A stretch of DNA of 62,382 bases, filler included, from Basidiobolus ranarum (GCA_040143965.1; 18 parts of 18 records of this genome joined end to end with filler, not necessarily neighbours in it); one strand, 5' to 3'. Shown: positions 48,629-62,298, numbered from the whole stretch's first letter. The notes: generated by a model not told the origin, from the letters alone. Numbers and translations: made by a program.

Positions 48629-51560
48629 CTGGCTTTGATTTGAGTCATTTTGGGCCAAATTGGATGAATTTTTTGTTTTATTTCACATTTGGATCCATTG
48701 GTGTTGATACAGACTTGCTATTCTCCAAGTTGAAGTGTTTTGGGATGTCTGGGATGCATCTAGACTGATTCAGGATGATTTTTAGATTAGATTTATCTCT
48801 CTTGATTTGGATTCCAAGAAAGTAACTTTATTCACCTCTATCATTCATCTGAAATTAGTTTGATAAGTGGTTTTTTGTCTGATTAAGTGATTCTTGAGCA
48901 TTTCTGGCTATGATCAAGTCATCCACATTTAGTGTCAAGATAAGGATCCTATTTTTGGTTGTTTTGTCTCAAATACTGTGATCTGCTGTGCATTTTTGGA
49001 ATTCCAATGATTGCAATTAGGTATCTATCTTGTTATACTATACCCGGGGAGCTTGCTTAAGTCCATAGAGCAATTTTTGCAGCTGACAGACCATATCAGG
49101 ATGTTTTTGGTCTACAAATGCATCTGGTTGCTCCATATAGATCTCTTTTCTATATTTCTATTCAGTAAGGCTGTTTTTACATCCATTTGATGAAAATCAA
49201 GGTTACAGTTGGCTGAGAGTGCCAGGATTGTCTAAAGAAGTTAAAGCTAGCTACTGGAGCAAAAGTTTCATTAAAATTAAACGCTAGAGTCTGGGAATAA
49301 CCTTTTGCAACTATTCTTGCTTTGTACCTTTCTATGATTCCATCAGCTTGGTTTTAGAATTTGTAGACCCATTGGCAACCTTTTGGCTTTCTCCCTAATG
49401 GTAGAGGACTTAAAGCCCAAGTTTTATTGTCCTGAAGTGAAGAAAACCCATCAGACATTGCTTTTTACATAATTGTGTTTGCGGACACTCCAAATCTTGA
49501 TATAGAGTCAGTGGCTCAAAACAGAACACTGTATAAGCATTCACATTGTTATTGGAAGTGTTCCACCAGTGTTCTGGCTTATTTCTCCTTCTGTATGCTA
49601 TTCTGGTCTTGAATCATCCTCAAATGTAATTGGCACTAGAATTTCAGTTGAATATGGCTGAGATTCAGCTGGAATCATGTCAGACACCATCTGAATAGTG
49701 TTGATTGTGTTTGCTGGATCAAGAACTGTGATTTGAGGTGAAAAATTTGCTTTATGATCAAAAATCAAATCTCTGTACTTAATTAACTTATGATTTTTAA
49801 CATCAAGCTGTCTGTAGGCCTTAGATCCAGCACAGTAACCAAGAAATATGCATTTTGGCTTTTGGGCTCCAATTTAGAGCATTTTTGAGCTGGAATCAGG
49901 CAATATGCTGTGCAATCAAAGAATCTGAGATGCGTCACACTTGGTTTTGATCCATAGAGGGTTTCAGATTGCGTGGAATTTTGTTGTAATCTTAAATGGG
50001 CATCTATTTCTGAAAGAGACTGCACTTGAGACAGTTTCAGCCCAATATTGGTAATCTTACATTTGATACTGTAACATTGTTTTTGCCATCTCCATGATGG
50101 TCCTATTTGCATGTTCTGCAACTCTATTTTGCTGCAGGGTATAAGGTAGGGCAGTTTGTTGCTCAATTCCATGCTTAGAACAAAAATTAGCAAAGTCTTT
50201 AAAGCAGTATTCTCCACCATAATCACTCCCAAGTGCCCTTTTTGTTTGTGCTGATTCATTTTCTACCTTTACTTCTTAGTGCTTCAACATGTCTAAAGCT
50301 TCATATTTTGATTTGAGAAAGATACCAAATATATGATGTTTTGTCATCAAGAATAGGTCATAAAGTACCTTTATCCACCTAGTGAGGCATTTTTTGTGGG
50401 CCCACATGGTCAGAATGAATCAGGGCTAAGTTCTGAGTGACCAAATATCTCCAGACTTAACAATAGCTGTCTGTGATGTTTTCCATATATGCAACCTTTG
50501 TGCATATCCAATTTAGTCATATTTTCAATTTCTAAGCCTGAAACAAGCAGAATTCAGATCATTTGGGTCATTTTCTGTTCCCCAATGTGGCCTAATACTC
50601 TATACCACATTTGATAGCTTATTTCAACAGCTTTGGCCAAGTTCTCATGCTCAGAATGGAATTTGTTGATATCTAGCTGGTATAAGTTTTAAGTTTTGAT
50701 CCTGGTAGCTAATTTGGTATTATTCTGCTCTGTGATAGTGCATCCAGCCTTGCTGAATATGAAATTGGTTACTTGATTTATGGCTATGCTTACTGAGAAT
50801 AGAATCTTTGCTATATTTGGTACATAGAGCTCATCATCCAAAATTGCCAGCAGTTTTGCTGAATTTTGGTCTATATTGAAAAATACTGTACTCATACCAA
50901 CTGCATCTAGTGCATAGTCAGCACTTAGTAGACTTTCCTTGTTTGGTTTGGTTTTAAGTCAGAAAGCCAATCTTTCTTGTTTAAGATAGCTCCAAAGCTC
51001 CTGATTCAATGTACCACATTTCTTAGTCTTCTTTAGTGGTTACTGATAGGGCAGACACAAATAGATGATCCCTCTCAGTGCTTACTCAATTTATTTGTTC
51101 CGTTTTAGCTGTTTGCAAAAATCCTTTTTCTACAATGTTTGATTAAATGGCCTGGTTTCCTGCAATACTTGCAGATGATTGATTTCCTAATAGGGGCACT
51201 ATTATTGCAGCCAGTTGGATGTTTTACAGCTCCAAAAATGCTTGTTCTGCATTATTTTGCTGAGAACTAGATCTGCTTGATTCATCACTCACAACCTACA
51301 CCAACATATTTGTTATCAATTGCTCTGATCTTGATTTCAGGGTGATTATATAGATTCCTAAACTCGTCTGGCAGGCTCCCTAGTAGTGTCATGACCAAGT
51401 CATGCTCTTATAGAGGTGCTTTAATGGGTGAGGGCTGGTCTGCCAGAGTTTTCATCCAATTTATATGATGAGGCATAGTATTATCAGGATTTATCTGAAT
51501 TGAGATTAATTTTTGTCAGAGATATAGCATATTAGCCAGACTTTTAGTCTCACATAGTCC
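48629..51560 (-). mobile_element. Degenerate Ty1/copia internal region (gag - zinc knuckle - protease - integrase - RT)
   Basis: CKYCRKPGHLIKHC knuckle at about 51130-51175, integrase and RT remnants in copia order, many stops. Confidence 0.92.
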
Positions 51561-51766
51561 ATCATGGGATACACTCTAGTGATCCACTCTCTACTTTGGA
51601 AGGCATTAACATGCCAGAAGCTTACTCAGTTGTTGAAGACACATTAATAAATCTACCAGACATGTTCCTTTCTAGCAATAGTGCAAGCAAAGATATTATA
51701 ACCCCTCCCAATTATGTAGTAAAACAACATTTGAGTAAAGTTCAATACTAACCACTTTGACAGCTA

Positions 51767-51993
51767 CCCTAACCAAAATAAAATTGATTTGATCCGGATT
51801 GGATCCACCCTCCAAAATAGCAAAACTGTCAGAGCACTGTTGCAGTATTTTTGGCCTGCATTTTGCCAGGGATTTTGATGGTGTGACAGCGGTTTCTTGA
51901 CAGTATCTTAATGGTATTCATACATGTTAAAATATTGATGCTCAAATTAGGCATGCATTATTCAAGATCCAGCAATTTTTGCAAAAAATAATT
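51767..51993. mobile_element. CCCTAAC-TIR DNA transposon end
   Basis: TA|CCCTAACCAAAATAAAATTG...; reverse match to 297-438 and 17935-18160. Confidence 0.75.
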
Positions 51994-52093
51994 NNNNNNN
52001 NNNNNNNNNNNNNNNNNNNNNNNNNNNNNNNNNNNNNTTAATTAATTAANNNNNNNNNNNNNNNNNNNNNNNNNNNNNNNNNNNNNNNNNNNN

Positions 52094-52212
52094 AGATCTC
52101 CCTACATTAGATAAGAAACTACAAAAGTAGTTATGGCTTCTTTGTTTTGTTTGAAATAAAGATTTCACCTTTTGGTGACTGTCTCCCCCCCTAACCCTAA
52201 CCCTGACCTTAA
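52094..52212 (+). mobile_element. 3' end of second telomere-tailed retroelement family with (CCCTAA)n tail
   Basis: AATAAAG-ATT-TCACCTTTTGGTGA-CTGTCT-CCCCCCCTAACCCTAACCCTGACCTTAA. Confidence 0.78.
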
Positions 52213-52589
52213 TGTTGAACTCAATGAAAGGCTTAGATGGAATTCTGTTGTAAAACGTAACGCATTTTAGCAATATACTTTTTTTGTAGTACCAGTAGCT
52301 TTTAGGGAAAATGCAGTTGCTCATTCTCAAACGAGCTTGCCTTGACTCACTTAAACTGGTTGTAATCTATGCTCCTGTGTGGACAATACCAACGAGATCC
52401 TCGTATCAATGGATATTCATATTATGATTCAATAGTATTAGGTGCTGCAGCGGTAGAATGCTGATGTGTTCTTGGTGTAAGTATCGGAAAAAACATGTTA
52501 TAAAAACCACCGTTCAATTTGTGGTTCATTATACAAACATCCACTACGCTCTGAGACCATTATCTGACATCTCCGTTATTCGGTGTTTG

Positions 52590-53125
52590 GCTTGCTACTA
52601 TCCCGAAGAAGGCTCTCTACTGGGGTATCCGATTCAAAGCTGGCCGCTCACCTTGTTGTTTTTGAAAATTGCTCATATTGTGTAATCATGTAGCTTCAGG
52701 GGTAGGAAATTATTAACCGTATCGCGTGGAAGGTTCTTCACCGAAGCATATCCGGTTCAAAGTTCCCTGCTCCCCTGGCTGTGGATGGATATTGTTCACA
52801 TTGTATAGTCATATAGCTTCATGCAGCAAAGAATTTAGTCTTTGGATCTTTTAACATCAGCTAATGGAGCATTCATGGGCCACCATTCGATGTAGCAGCA
52901 ATCAATATTGAATAAAGAAGTGTTTGATAAAATTTGGATTGCTATTCATGTGTTTGTGTGTATGCTATGAATAGAAGTAAATTCACTCTGCTAGCGAATA
53001 TTAGTTTAACTAGTATTTTTATCACTATTTTATTCACACCTTACTAAGGAGGGAGTATCTTGTAATGTACTTGACTTCATTGTTCTTAGCAGATACGCTT
53101 AGTGTTCAACCTAAATATACTGGTA
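52590..53125. repeat. Diverged direct repeat, copy 1 (copy 2 at about 54640-55130)
   Basis: Co-linear matches such as CTACTGGGGTATC..TTCAAAG, GCTCATATTGTGTAATCATGTAGCTT, GTAGCAGCAATCAAT, TATGAATAGAAGTAAA, TTAGTGTTCAAC. Confidence 0.85.
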
Positions 53126-55557
53126 ACATATCGGTATTAGTGTTACTTGTAAAATTCTGAAGTTACAGTTGCCGAGTGCAAAATGCCTGATTTCGTTTAC
53201 CATAACCAGAAGTAAATATTGAGTATATCTACTCCTAACAATCGGCCCATAACCGTGGAGCAATTTAACATGATCTTAGGGTAACTAATCTGGGAATAAA
53301 TGCAAGTCGTGTAGAAGTTGATACAGGAAGCATAATCAGGTTTTTGATTTACTGATTTGGAAACAAACGGCCTCTTTGAAGGCCTCAAAATCCACAGTTC
53401 ATCTCTGTTTTTAAAAATGCTATGGTTTCAGGAATTATATGGGACTAACTGAGGCCAGTAACTTTATATTCCGATCTTTCAATGTTCATCCATGCCTATA
53501 TGCTACTACCTACTATTCCAGGTCCCGTACACCTATGAAAGTTGAAGTTTTAATAAACTCTACGTTGTTGGCTTTTATATTGAAATTAAGATAAGCTATA
53601 GTGAAGCATAAAATATCACTGTCTCGTTGTGTATGGCTGGCATAATAACGAAACTTAATCTAACATCTCGGCGTATTATGATGATGAGAACAGTATTTTA
53701 TTCATCACACTACTCATGACTTTCGCAATACAATACTATAGTGTCTTTAATATAGTGAAGATCCCTTCAATTAAAGTGTATTGTAGTCGTGTTGTTTGCT
53801 CGGTGTTACTAGTCAATTTTGTCTAGATATAGTGACAATATTGATATAAAAATGTCATTTAGGGACAACTCGGTTCTGTCTGGACTTGCTATTCAAGTTT
53901 GAGCTAGTTTACTTGGCTTAATGCGATAGAATTACAATAGGACACTCTACTATTCCCACTCTAGTGTTGATATCTATCGTAACACTACTACTGGACTTTT
54001 CTAGTTTAATGGAGTTTTCATAAACCAAGAAGCAGTAGTAACAACAATTCTATTCTGAATAAAGCAATACTTGATCCAGTTTGACGTGTATGTGAATATA
54101 GTATTGTCGTTACATGTGACCCAAAACATACTGCTCAAAACCGTTCATCAAAAGCTTATTGATGATGTATTCAAATAGATCCTTCAGCAAATGACTACCA
54201 TCACTAGTAGGAAGTAATAGGTCCATAATTGAAGCTGGTCACAATGCACAGGCAATTTAACTAGTATAATATACATGGACTTTTATAGCAGTAATCGAAA
54301 TAACCTCTAATATATGTATTGATTAGAGCTGCTGCTATCACCGACGAGATAGTATATTCGTAATAGCTGATATTTTTGCCGCTGGCTTCGATACATTCTC
54401 AATCCAATTTATAATAATAATAAATAAATACAAGTGTCTTGATGTAGGTGAGTATACGTGATATATAGACCTTATAAAGTATCCCAAATTTATTATGCAT
54501 CATTTTAGGGTTAGGTAAAGCGGGCTTTCTGCTTTTGTCCAAAGCTCTTTGAGGGAATATATTTCATTGCACTTTTTTTCAGCCCAAGGCGAAGCATGGT
54601 GGAATTCTGTTGTAGAACCTTATTCAGTCATTGGCTTGTTGGTATCCCGAGGAAGGTTTTCTACTGGGGTATCTGGTTCAAAGTTTGCTGCTCAACTTGT
54701 TGTCTTGGTAAAATGCTCATATTGTGTAATCATGTAGCTTAAAGGGCAGGATATTATCAACCTTATCTCGAAGAAGGTTCTCCATTAAGGCATCCAGCTC
54801 AAAGCTTCTTGGCCACAATGTAGCTTCATGAGCAGTGAACTCTACCTTTGGATCATTCATCATCGACAGATAGAGTTTACATGGACCATCATTCTATGTA
54901 GCAGCAATCAATTCTGAATAAAGGAATGTTTGATAAAACTCGTACTTATATTTGTATTTGTGTGTTATGAATAGAAGTAAACCTTTATGCTGATGAATTG
55001 TTGTTTACGTAGTATTGTGATTACTTTTTAACTCACCATACTTAGGAAGGAATACCTTAGCGTACTTACCTTTATTTAAAATGTTTTAGCTATTCTCAGA
55101 TACAGTTAGTGTTCAACGCAAATAAACCAGTATATTACTGGTGTAGGCCCGCGATCCTCCAGCAACTTATCTCATATATGATAAACCTTAATGTTACTTT
55201 TAATATGGTAATAAATGCAAGCTGAAATCAATTCTGGTAGCACTATCAAAACTGGATACATTCCACACACATCGCTACATGAATGGGTAAATATTGGGAA
55301 CAATCCGGGCGCTTAATCCTAATGGGTTACTAGTGTGAACATCAGTTGAGTAATCTCAATTCATATATAAAGGCCACCTTCTACTCGGTGAAGGAGTATA
55401 CAAACATCCACTACGCTCCTCAAGTTTCTCCATCACCAGAATTTAGGGCTCCTGGCTNNNNNNNNNNNNNNNNNNNNNNNNNNNNNNNNNNNNNNNNNNN
55501 NTTAATTAATTAANNNNNNNNNNNNNNNNNNNNNNNNNNNNNNNNNNNNNNNNNNNN

Positions 55558-57354
55558 ATAGTAAACTATAAATAGGACATATTCAATTCAATAAAACTTA
55601 AGTGTCTAATTCACAAATCCAAATCTTGTCCAAAACACTTCCAAATCCCCTAAACACTTTTATCAATTTCAGGGTTGATGTTCTCTATGTTGAAGTGTTT
55701 TAGGATGTCTGAAATGTATATAGACTGATTCAGCATGATTTTCTGATAAGGTTTATCTCTCTTGATTTGGATTCCAAGGAACAAACTTAATTTACCCATA
55801 TCAGTCATCTGAGATTAGTTTGAAAAGCTTTTTTCATCTGCTCAAATGCTTGTGGATCATTTGTGGCAATGCTCAAGTCATCCACATGGAGTGCCAAGAT
55901 AAGAATCCTACTTCTGGTTGTTTTAATCTAAATACTGTGATCTGCTGCAAAATTTTGCAAATCCAGTAATTCTAATTATGGATATATCTTTTTGTACCAT
56001 GCCTCAGGTACTTGCTTGAGTCCCTATGGCAGTTTTGCAGTTTACAGACCTTATCAGGGTGTTTTGGGTCAACAAGTCCATCAGGCTGCTCCATATAAAT
56101 CTCTTCTTTTAGATTTCCATTCAGAAAGGCTGTTTTTATATCCATGGGATATAAATCAAGATTATGCATGGCTGAGAGTGCCAGCCTTTTTCTGATAGAG
56201 CCAAACTTAGCCACAGTAATAAATATTTCATTAAAATCAACTCCTGGAGTCTGGGAATAACCTTTCGCAACTATTCTTGCTTTGTACCTTTCACTGGTTC
56301 CATCAGCTTAGTTGTAGACTATATATACCTGTTGGCAATCTGTTGGCTTTCTCCCTGATAGTAGAGGACTTGAAATCCGTGCTTTATCACCCCAAAGTGA
56401 AGAAAACTCATCAGACATAAATTTTTCCCATAAATATGATTTTGACACCTTAGAGCCTGATCTAGAGTCTGTAGCTTGTCACAGAAAGCTGCATAAGCCT
56501 GTACATCATCATTAGAAGTGTTCCACCAGCTCCCTGGCTTATTTCTCCTTCTAGACAATCTTCTAGGTCCTAAATCAGTCACTGTTGTGATTGCAATTTT
56601 GGTTGAAATTGGCCCAGATACATCAGGAATTTTGTCAGACTCTTCCTGATTAGTGCTGATTGTGTTTTCTGGATTACAAACTTTGATTTGAGGTGAAAAA
56701 TTTGCTCTTTCATCAAAAATCACATCTCTGCACTTAATTAACTTCTGATTTGTGATATCAAGCAGTCTGTAGGCCTTAAAACCATCACAGTAACCAAGAA
56801 ATATGCTTTTATTACCGTTTGGGTCCAATCAACAGCAATGTTGAGCTGGAATTGGGCAATATACTCTGCATCCAAAGATCCTGAAAAGATCCATGAATGT
56901 TTTTGATCCTTTTAGGGCTTCAAATGGAATAGAATCTTGTAGCAATCTTCTTAGACAATTATCTTTGAAGTAGACTGCAGTGTAGACATTTAACATTGTT
57001 TTTGCCATCTCCAATATGGCCTATTAGCACATTGTGCAGCTACTTTTTGCTGTGGAATGTATGGAACATCATTAATTTCATGTTTAAAGCATAAACCAAC
57101 AAAGTTTTTAGAGCAGTATACTTCACCATTATCACTCCTTAGTACCCTTATTTGTTGTGCCAATTCTTTCTTTACCATTGCTTTATAGAACTTGGACATT
57201 GCTAAGGCTTCTAATTTTGATTTGAGAAAGAATACCCAAGTATATCTTTTTTTGTCATCAATATTAGTGATGAAGTACCTTTTGCCATCTAGGGAGACAC
57301 TTTTCAGGGGGCCACATGGTCAGAATAAATAAGGGCAAAATTCTGAGTTGATTT
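55558..57354 (-). mobile_element. Degenerate copia integrase-RT, interrupted on the left by a plus-strand family B LTR end (55558-55665)
   Basis: RVLRSDNGEVY, FLGYCDGFKAYRL, RDVIFDE, MDIKTAFLNG. Confidence 0.9.
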
Positions 57355-58920
57355 TGATACAAGTCTCTAAGGGATTTGGAAGTGTTTTAGACAAGATTTG
57401 GATTTTTGAATTACAAACTTATTTTTATTGAATTGAATATGTCCTATTTATAGTTTACTACAAAATAGGACTATTGGGCTTGTTCAGATCAACACAAACA
57501 TTCCTGCTAAGCATGGTTAAATTTTTGAGGTGATTTGGAGAGGTTTTGAGACACTGGTGAAAATTGGTAAAAGTGATCTAATTGCTATTTCTATCAATTA
57601 GAGCAATAAACACACATTTTTGAATGGCAGAATTGAGTACTAAATAATCAGAATATCAATACACTAACTACTAAATAATGTTTTGCCATTTACCTTATTT
57701 CAACACCGATAGTAACAAATTATTTTGTATATCTCTTAAACTTGACTTATACCTTAATAATTCAAACTGGGCCCTAGCTAAAAGTTTAGTTAAGATGTCA
57801 GCAATCATTTCTTCAGTAGGGTAATAGACAAGCTCAATTTTGTCATATTTGATGGCTTCTCCCACAAAATGATGCCCAAGAATGTTTATGTGTAAGTCCA
57901 TATAGCAATATCTGCAGTTTACAGACCATATCAGGGGGTTTTGGGTCATCATAGCCATCTAGTTGCTCCATATAGAACTTTTCTTCTAGATTTCCAATCA
58001 GAAAGGCTGTATTTATTTCCATTTCATGTAAATCAAGGTTTTGGATGGCCAAGAGTACTAGGATTGATCTAGATAAGCTAAACACAGCTGTAGGAGCAAA
58101 GGTTTCATCAAAATCAACTCCTGGAGTCTGGGTATAACCTTTTGCAACTAATTTTGCTTTGTACCTTTCTATGGTTCCATCGGATTGGTTTTTACCTTTG
58201 TGGACCCATTAGCAACCTAATGGCTTTCTTCCATGTGGTAAAGGGCTCAAAACCCATGTTTCATTGTCCTGGAGTGAAGAAAACTCATCAGATAATGCTT
58301 TTTCCCATAATTTTGATTCAGGACACTCCAAAGCTTCATCTAGAGTCTGTGGCTTGTTACAGAATGCTCTATTAGAATATATATCAGCATTGGAAGTGTT
58401 CCACTAGTTTTCTTACTTATTTTGCCTTCTGGATGATCATCTGGGTCCTGATTCATCCTCTGACATAACCAGACTGGAATTTTGGTTGAATAGGGCTCAG
58501 ATAGGGCTGGAATTCTGTCAGACACTTCCTGATTAGTGCTGGTTGCATTTTCTGGATCAAAATCTGTGATATGAGGTGAAATATTTGCTTTTTCATCAAA
58601 CAATCCAGTCACATTGATCTTGCCATCTCCACTAAAGTTCTATTGGCACATTCTGCAACTCCATTTTGCTATGGAGTATAAGGTACAGGAGTTTGTTGCT
58701 TATTTCCATGTTTAAAACAAAAACTAGTAAAGTCTTTAGAGAAGTAGTCTCCACCATTATCACACCTTAGTATCCTGTTTATTTTTGCTGATTCTTTTTC
58801 AACCATTGCTTTGGAGTGCTTGAATGTAGCTAAAACTTCTGATTTTGATTTAAGAAAGAATGCCCAAGCATATATTGTTTTGTTATCACTAAAAGTCATA
58901 AAGGACCTTTTTTCACTTAG
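57355..58920 (-). mobile_element. Second copia nested in the first: 3' LTR family B (57355-57705) plus internally deleted IN-RT-RNase H
   Basis: LTR TG...CA; IADILTK RNase H end joined directly to mid-RT (LYGL); ILRCDNGGDY integrase motif. Confidence 0.9.
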
Positions 58921-59453
58921 NNNNNNNNNNNNNNNNNNNNNNNNNNNNNNNNNNNNNNNNNNNNTTAATTAATTAANNNNNNNNNNNNNNNNNNNNNNNN
59001 NNNNNNNNNNNNNNNNNNNNATTTGAAACTAGTGTTTTTCCTATCTGATACTATGGTTTACCGCAAGAATGAACATACGCATACGTAATATTGGATCTTT
59101 TCAGATGGATCTTTTCAGTTGGATCTTTTCACTCGACTTACCTGGATGAGATTCTTAACATTCAAAAACCCCTTACTGACATACTTCATTTTATGACAGA
59201 GGCATCACTCATCTTCTACTATTTATAGTAAGCATGTTTTGGACTGATGCTTTGGACCTAAATCTATTCACTAAGGACAGTAAGGAGATCCAACACAAAG
59301 AATAACTATGACCACACACATGCCTAAATATAACCTAATCAAGCAGACATTCTTTGTTACAACCACCATGATCAAAAACCGGTGCTTTCCTCAGATTTAT
59401 CGATTCTGCACTACAACCATGTCGACTAATTTCAAGTAGAATAAACGTTCACT

Positions 59454-60347
59454 TTATTCCATTTCAAAGTTACTGCCAAATTGAGAGCAATGATCGGGAT
59501 AGAAAGTAAGGGAAGTATTTTCATTAGAAAAAGGTAATATAGTGGAGTATAGAGATGTTAGCATATCTGGTTCCCAGAAATCTCGGTAATTGGTGTTATT
59601 CACTCCACTCAATGCCAATGGTTCGCTCAATATAGACTTATAATACTCAATCGTCCTACTTAGATATTCTTTTTCTTGCGCGAGAATTTCGCAATTCCAA
59701 CAGTTGTGAGATATCACTTTTGCATACTTTAGTTCACTTTCATGTTCGCATACCGGTTGTAAGTTTACAGATGGAGATAAAGAAGGCGCTGTTGAGATCT
59801 TCGAGGGTGATGAATTTCGCTTCTCTACCTGAAGATGTGAAGGCTTGATCCTTGCATAGTTATATGGACTCGACGTACGTTGGATGAGATGAAGAGAATT
59901 CCGTTCATCTCGGTTGAAATGTCGGTGAGCATAGATTACGGCTGAGGTATCTTGACTCTGCTTAGTTCGTCGCCGATCAGAAACTCGGTGGAAGCCATAT
60001 ATCTATTGGAAAAGTTAACTACTTCTATAATTACCAACTACTTAAACCACTTCATCCTACATTTAATTGGCGAGAAAATGAAGTAAACTTGTTGGTTTCG
60101 TAGTATTGAGGAAGCACTGTTGAGGCAAAACTGATGGGATCTTTAATGACAAATCTGGTCCCTGACTGCTCCCAAGCTATCATATCACAATAGCTTGGCT
60201 CTGAAAGTATCCTAGACAAAGAAGCAAATTAGCAAGTGCAAGCAAACACTATGTAAAAGAAAGATAATAGCGAGAAAGTTACTTGTGAAGATTTAGCACA
60301 AATGGGGGTATGCGAATACTAAGTTTACCTGTATGTCCCTTTAACAT
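59454..60347 (-). CDS. HSF-type DNA-binding domain transcription factor, 254 aa, 3 exons (60347-60283, 60211-60061, 60002-59454)
   Basis: PPFVLNLHKIL..MIAWEQSGTRFVI..FASTVLPQYYETNKFTSFSRQLNIYGFHRV is the HSF signature. Both introns are GT-AG and keep frame. Confidence 0.92.
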
Positions 60348-62156
60348 ATTGTTTAATGTTACAAATCACATTTCCCCCGGTTTTTATATAGGCTGACGAA
60401 AAGGGTGGAAACAATGATATTCTAAACCTACTTTACATCTTACCAGCACCATGTTATGTTGAATCGCCAAAACGATATGAACCATTGTGTATCGTGGTCA
60501 TAGTGTTTTAAGGGATGTTTTGTTTTCGGTCTTGAATTCTCTACAATCTCTTCTTATTGGGCAGTTGGTTGGATCACATATACAACAGTTGATTCATACC
60601 CATATTGAATAGCAGTTGACTGCTCAAAGAAGACTACGCTCGTCATGAATTATACGCATTGACTTCAACAATATACTGCTATGGACACTTGCCTCATTGT
60701 GTCATCATTACATATTGCGCACAGATAAGGCCAAAGAATGAGACCTCTCTACTTAGAACCCCTACGACCTATTAGTGCTATACCAGGAATTGATTAATTG
60801 AAGTCACATGCAGTGAGAAATAGCCACGATACCATTGTATTGAGACATGCTTTAGTTCTGAATCATTCGGTTGTAACTGCATCAACTGAATAATCATTAA
60901 GATATTGAAAACCAAGTTGGCTGCTGACGAATCGTGACCGAACCGATCGGCATAATGCCACATGAGCACATATAACCTAATCGACCAAAATTCTAATCTA
61001 TTCGTTTGGTTTCTGATATTCCAGCACGAGCGTCATACACAAGCGTTATACACAAGCGATCACACAAAATGTATTACTATGAAGTAAGCTCTATTTGGTA
61101 GAAACCTTTGTATATTTATTTCATATAATTATTGGCTCAGTGGCACTATGTTTGTTAGGAATACTCTCTTCAAGATGAGCGGAGGGTGTAGTATGGTGTA
61201 ACTGCATATCTAAACATCTTGATAGAAAATAGATATACAACTTAGTTCATTATAGACATGTAATACTGAATCACCCTACCCAAGTTTGAAATTTCCTGGC
61301 TGAGAATCTTAATATTATCTGTATTTTCTATTACTGGCTTATTGTCGACTAATGGATACCAAAATAAAGCAGCAATGTGCGACTATCTGAACAGCAAACA
61401 TCCCAGGGAGAAAATGGCAAACCTGAGTAAGATGATTGAGTATTACCTATATACTCCAAACCATCTAATAACTGCAAATAATACGAAGTGCTAGCGCGCA
61501 TGTGTGCTTTGAACACCTGTATCTACTGTAATTGGAAGGAGTATATCAAGTAGTTAAGATTGTAGAGAATAAGATGGAAGTAAATGTACATGGCGGATTC
61601 GCATACTAAACAATCTAACATAATGCTCTGAGTGTGATTGCAACATCATTGAGTGCTATAAGCTCACAGTCCACTACATTTATCCAAGAATTTTATCCAT
61701 GTCCATACTACCAGATAGCAATTAATGTTGTATAATTTATCATAAATGTGCTTATTTTGATAAATCAAATCACTTGGACACTGGGAATTGTGTTATTGAA
61801 AGCTAAATATAACTTGACTTTGGTCCTTGCTCATGTTGGCATCAACCCTACTTTTAACTAGTGAAAATTTGATGTTTATTGTAATATCACTATTTCTCAT
61901 TGTTCTGTATTATTTATTGGGAAGGATGTTGACTTAGGCATTTATTGTTTTGTCAACATGTAAGCAAGCTTACATGTAGAATGTAAGGAAGATTCTAGAA
62001 ACATGTGTGCAAAGTCTGGTGCTTCTATACCAATTTCCATGTTTGCCGCACTACATCTCCATTCATACTATGCTCCACATCTTGCTCATTTCTGTAGTTT
62101 CAGCCACTATTGTAAAACAATTCCTTATAATAAATGATTGGCTAATCTTGCAAAGA

Positions 62157-62298
62157 TTAGGGGGGGATGAAAAGCACCAGATGGTGTAGACTTTATTTAG
62201 CTTAAATACTAATCAAAACAAAGTGACAATCAAGACATCAATCTTTTGAGATATTGTGACATTACTGGATCATATCCATACTTAACCTGATGACCAAT
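62157..62298 (-). mobile_element. LINE 3' end copy capped by TTAGGGGGGG
   Basis: Aligns with 6650-6790. Confidence 0.88.

Noticed and set aside
59090-59132. 14-bp tandem TGGATCTTTTCAG(A/T) x3
   Set aside because: Short local minisatellite with no evidence of function.
61130-61215. tRNA-like GGCTCAGTGG / GTGTAGTATGGT motifs
   Set aside because: No cloverleaf or TTC loop can be formed.
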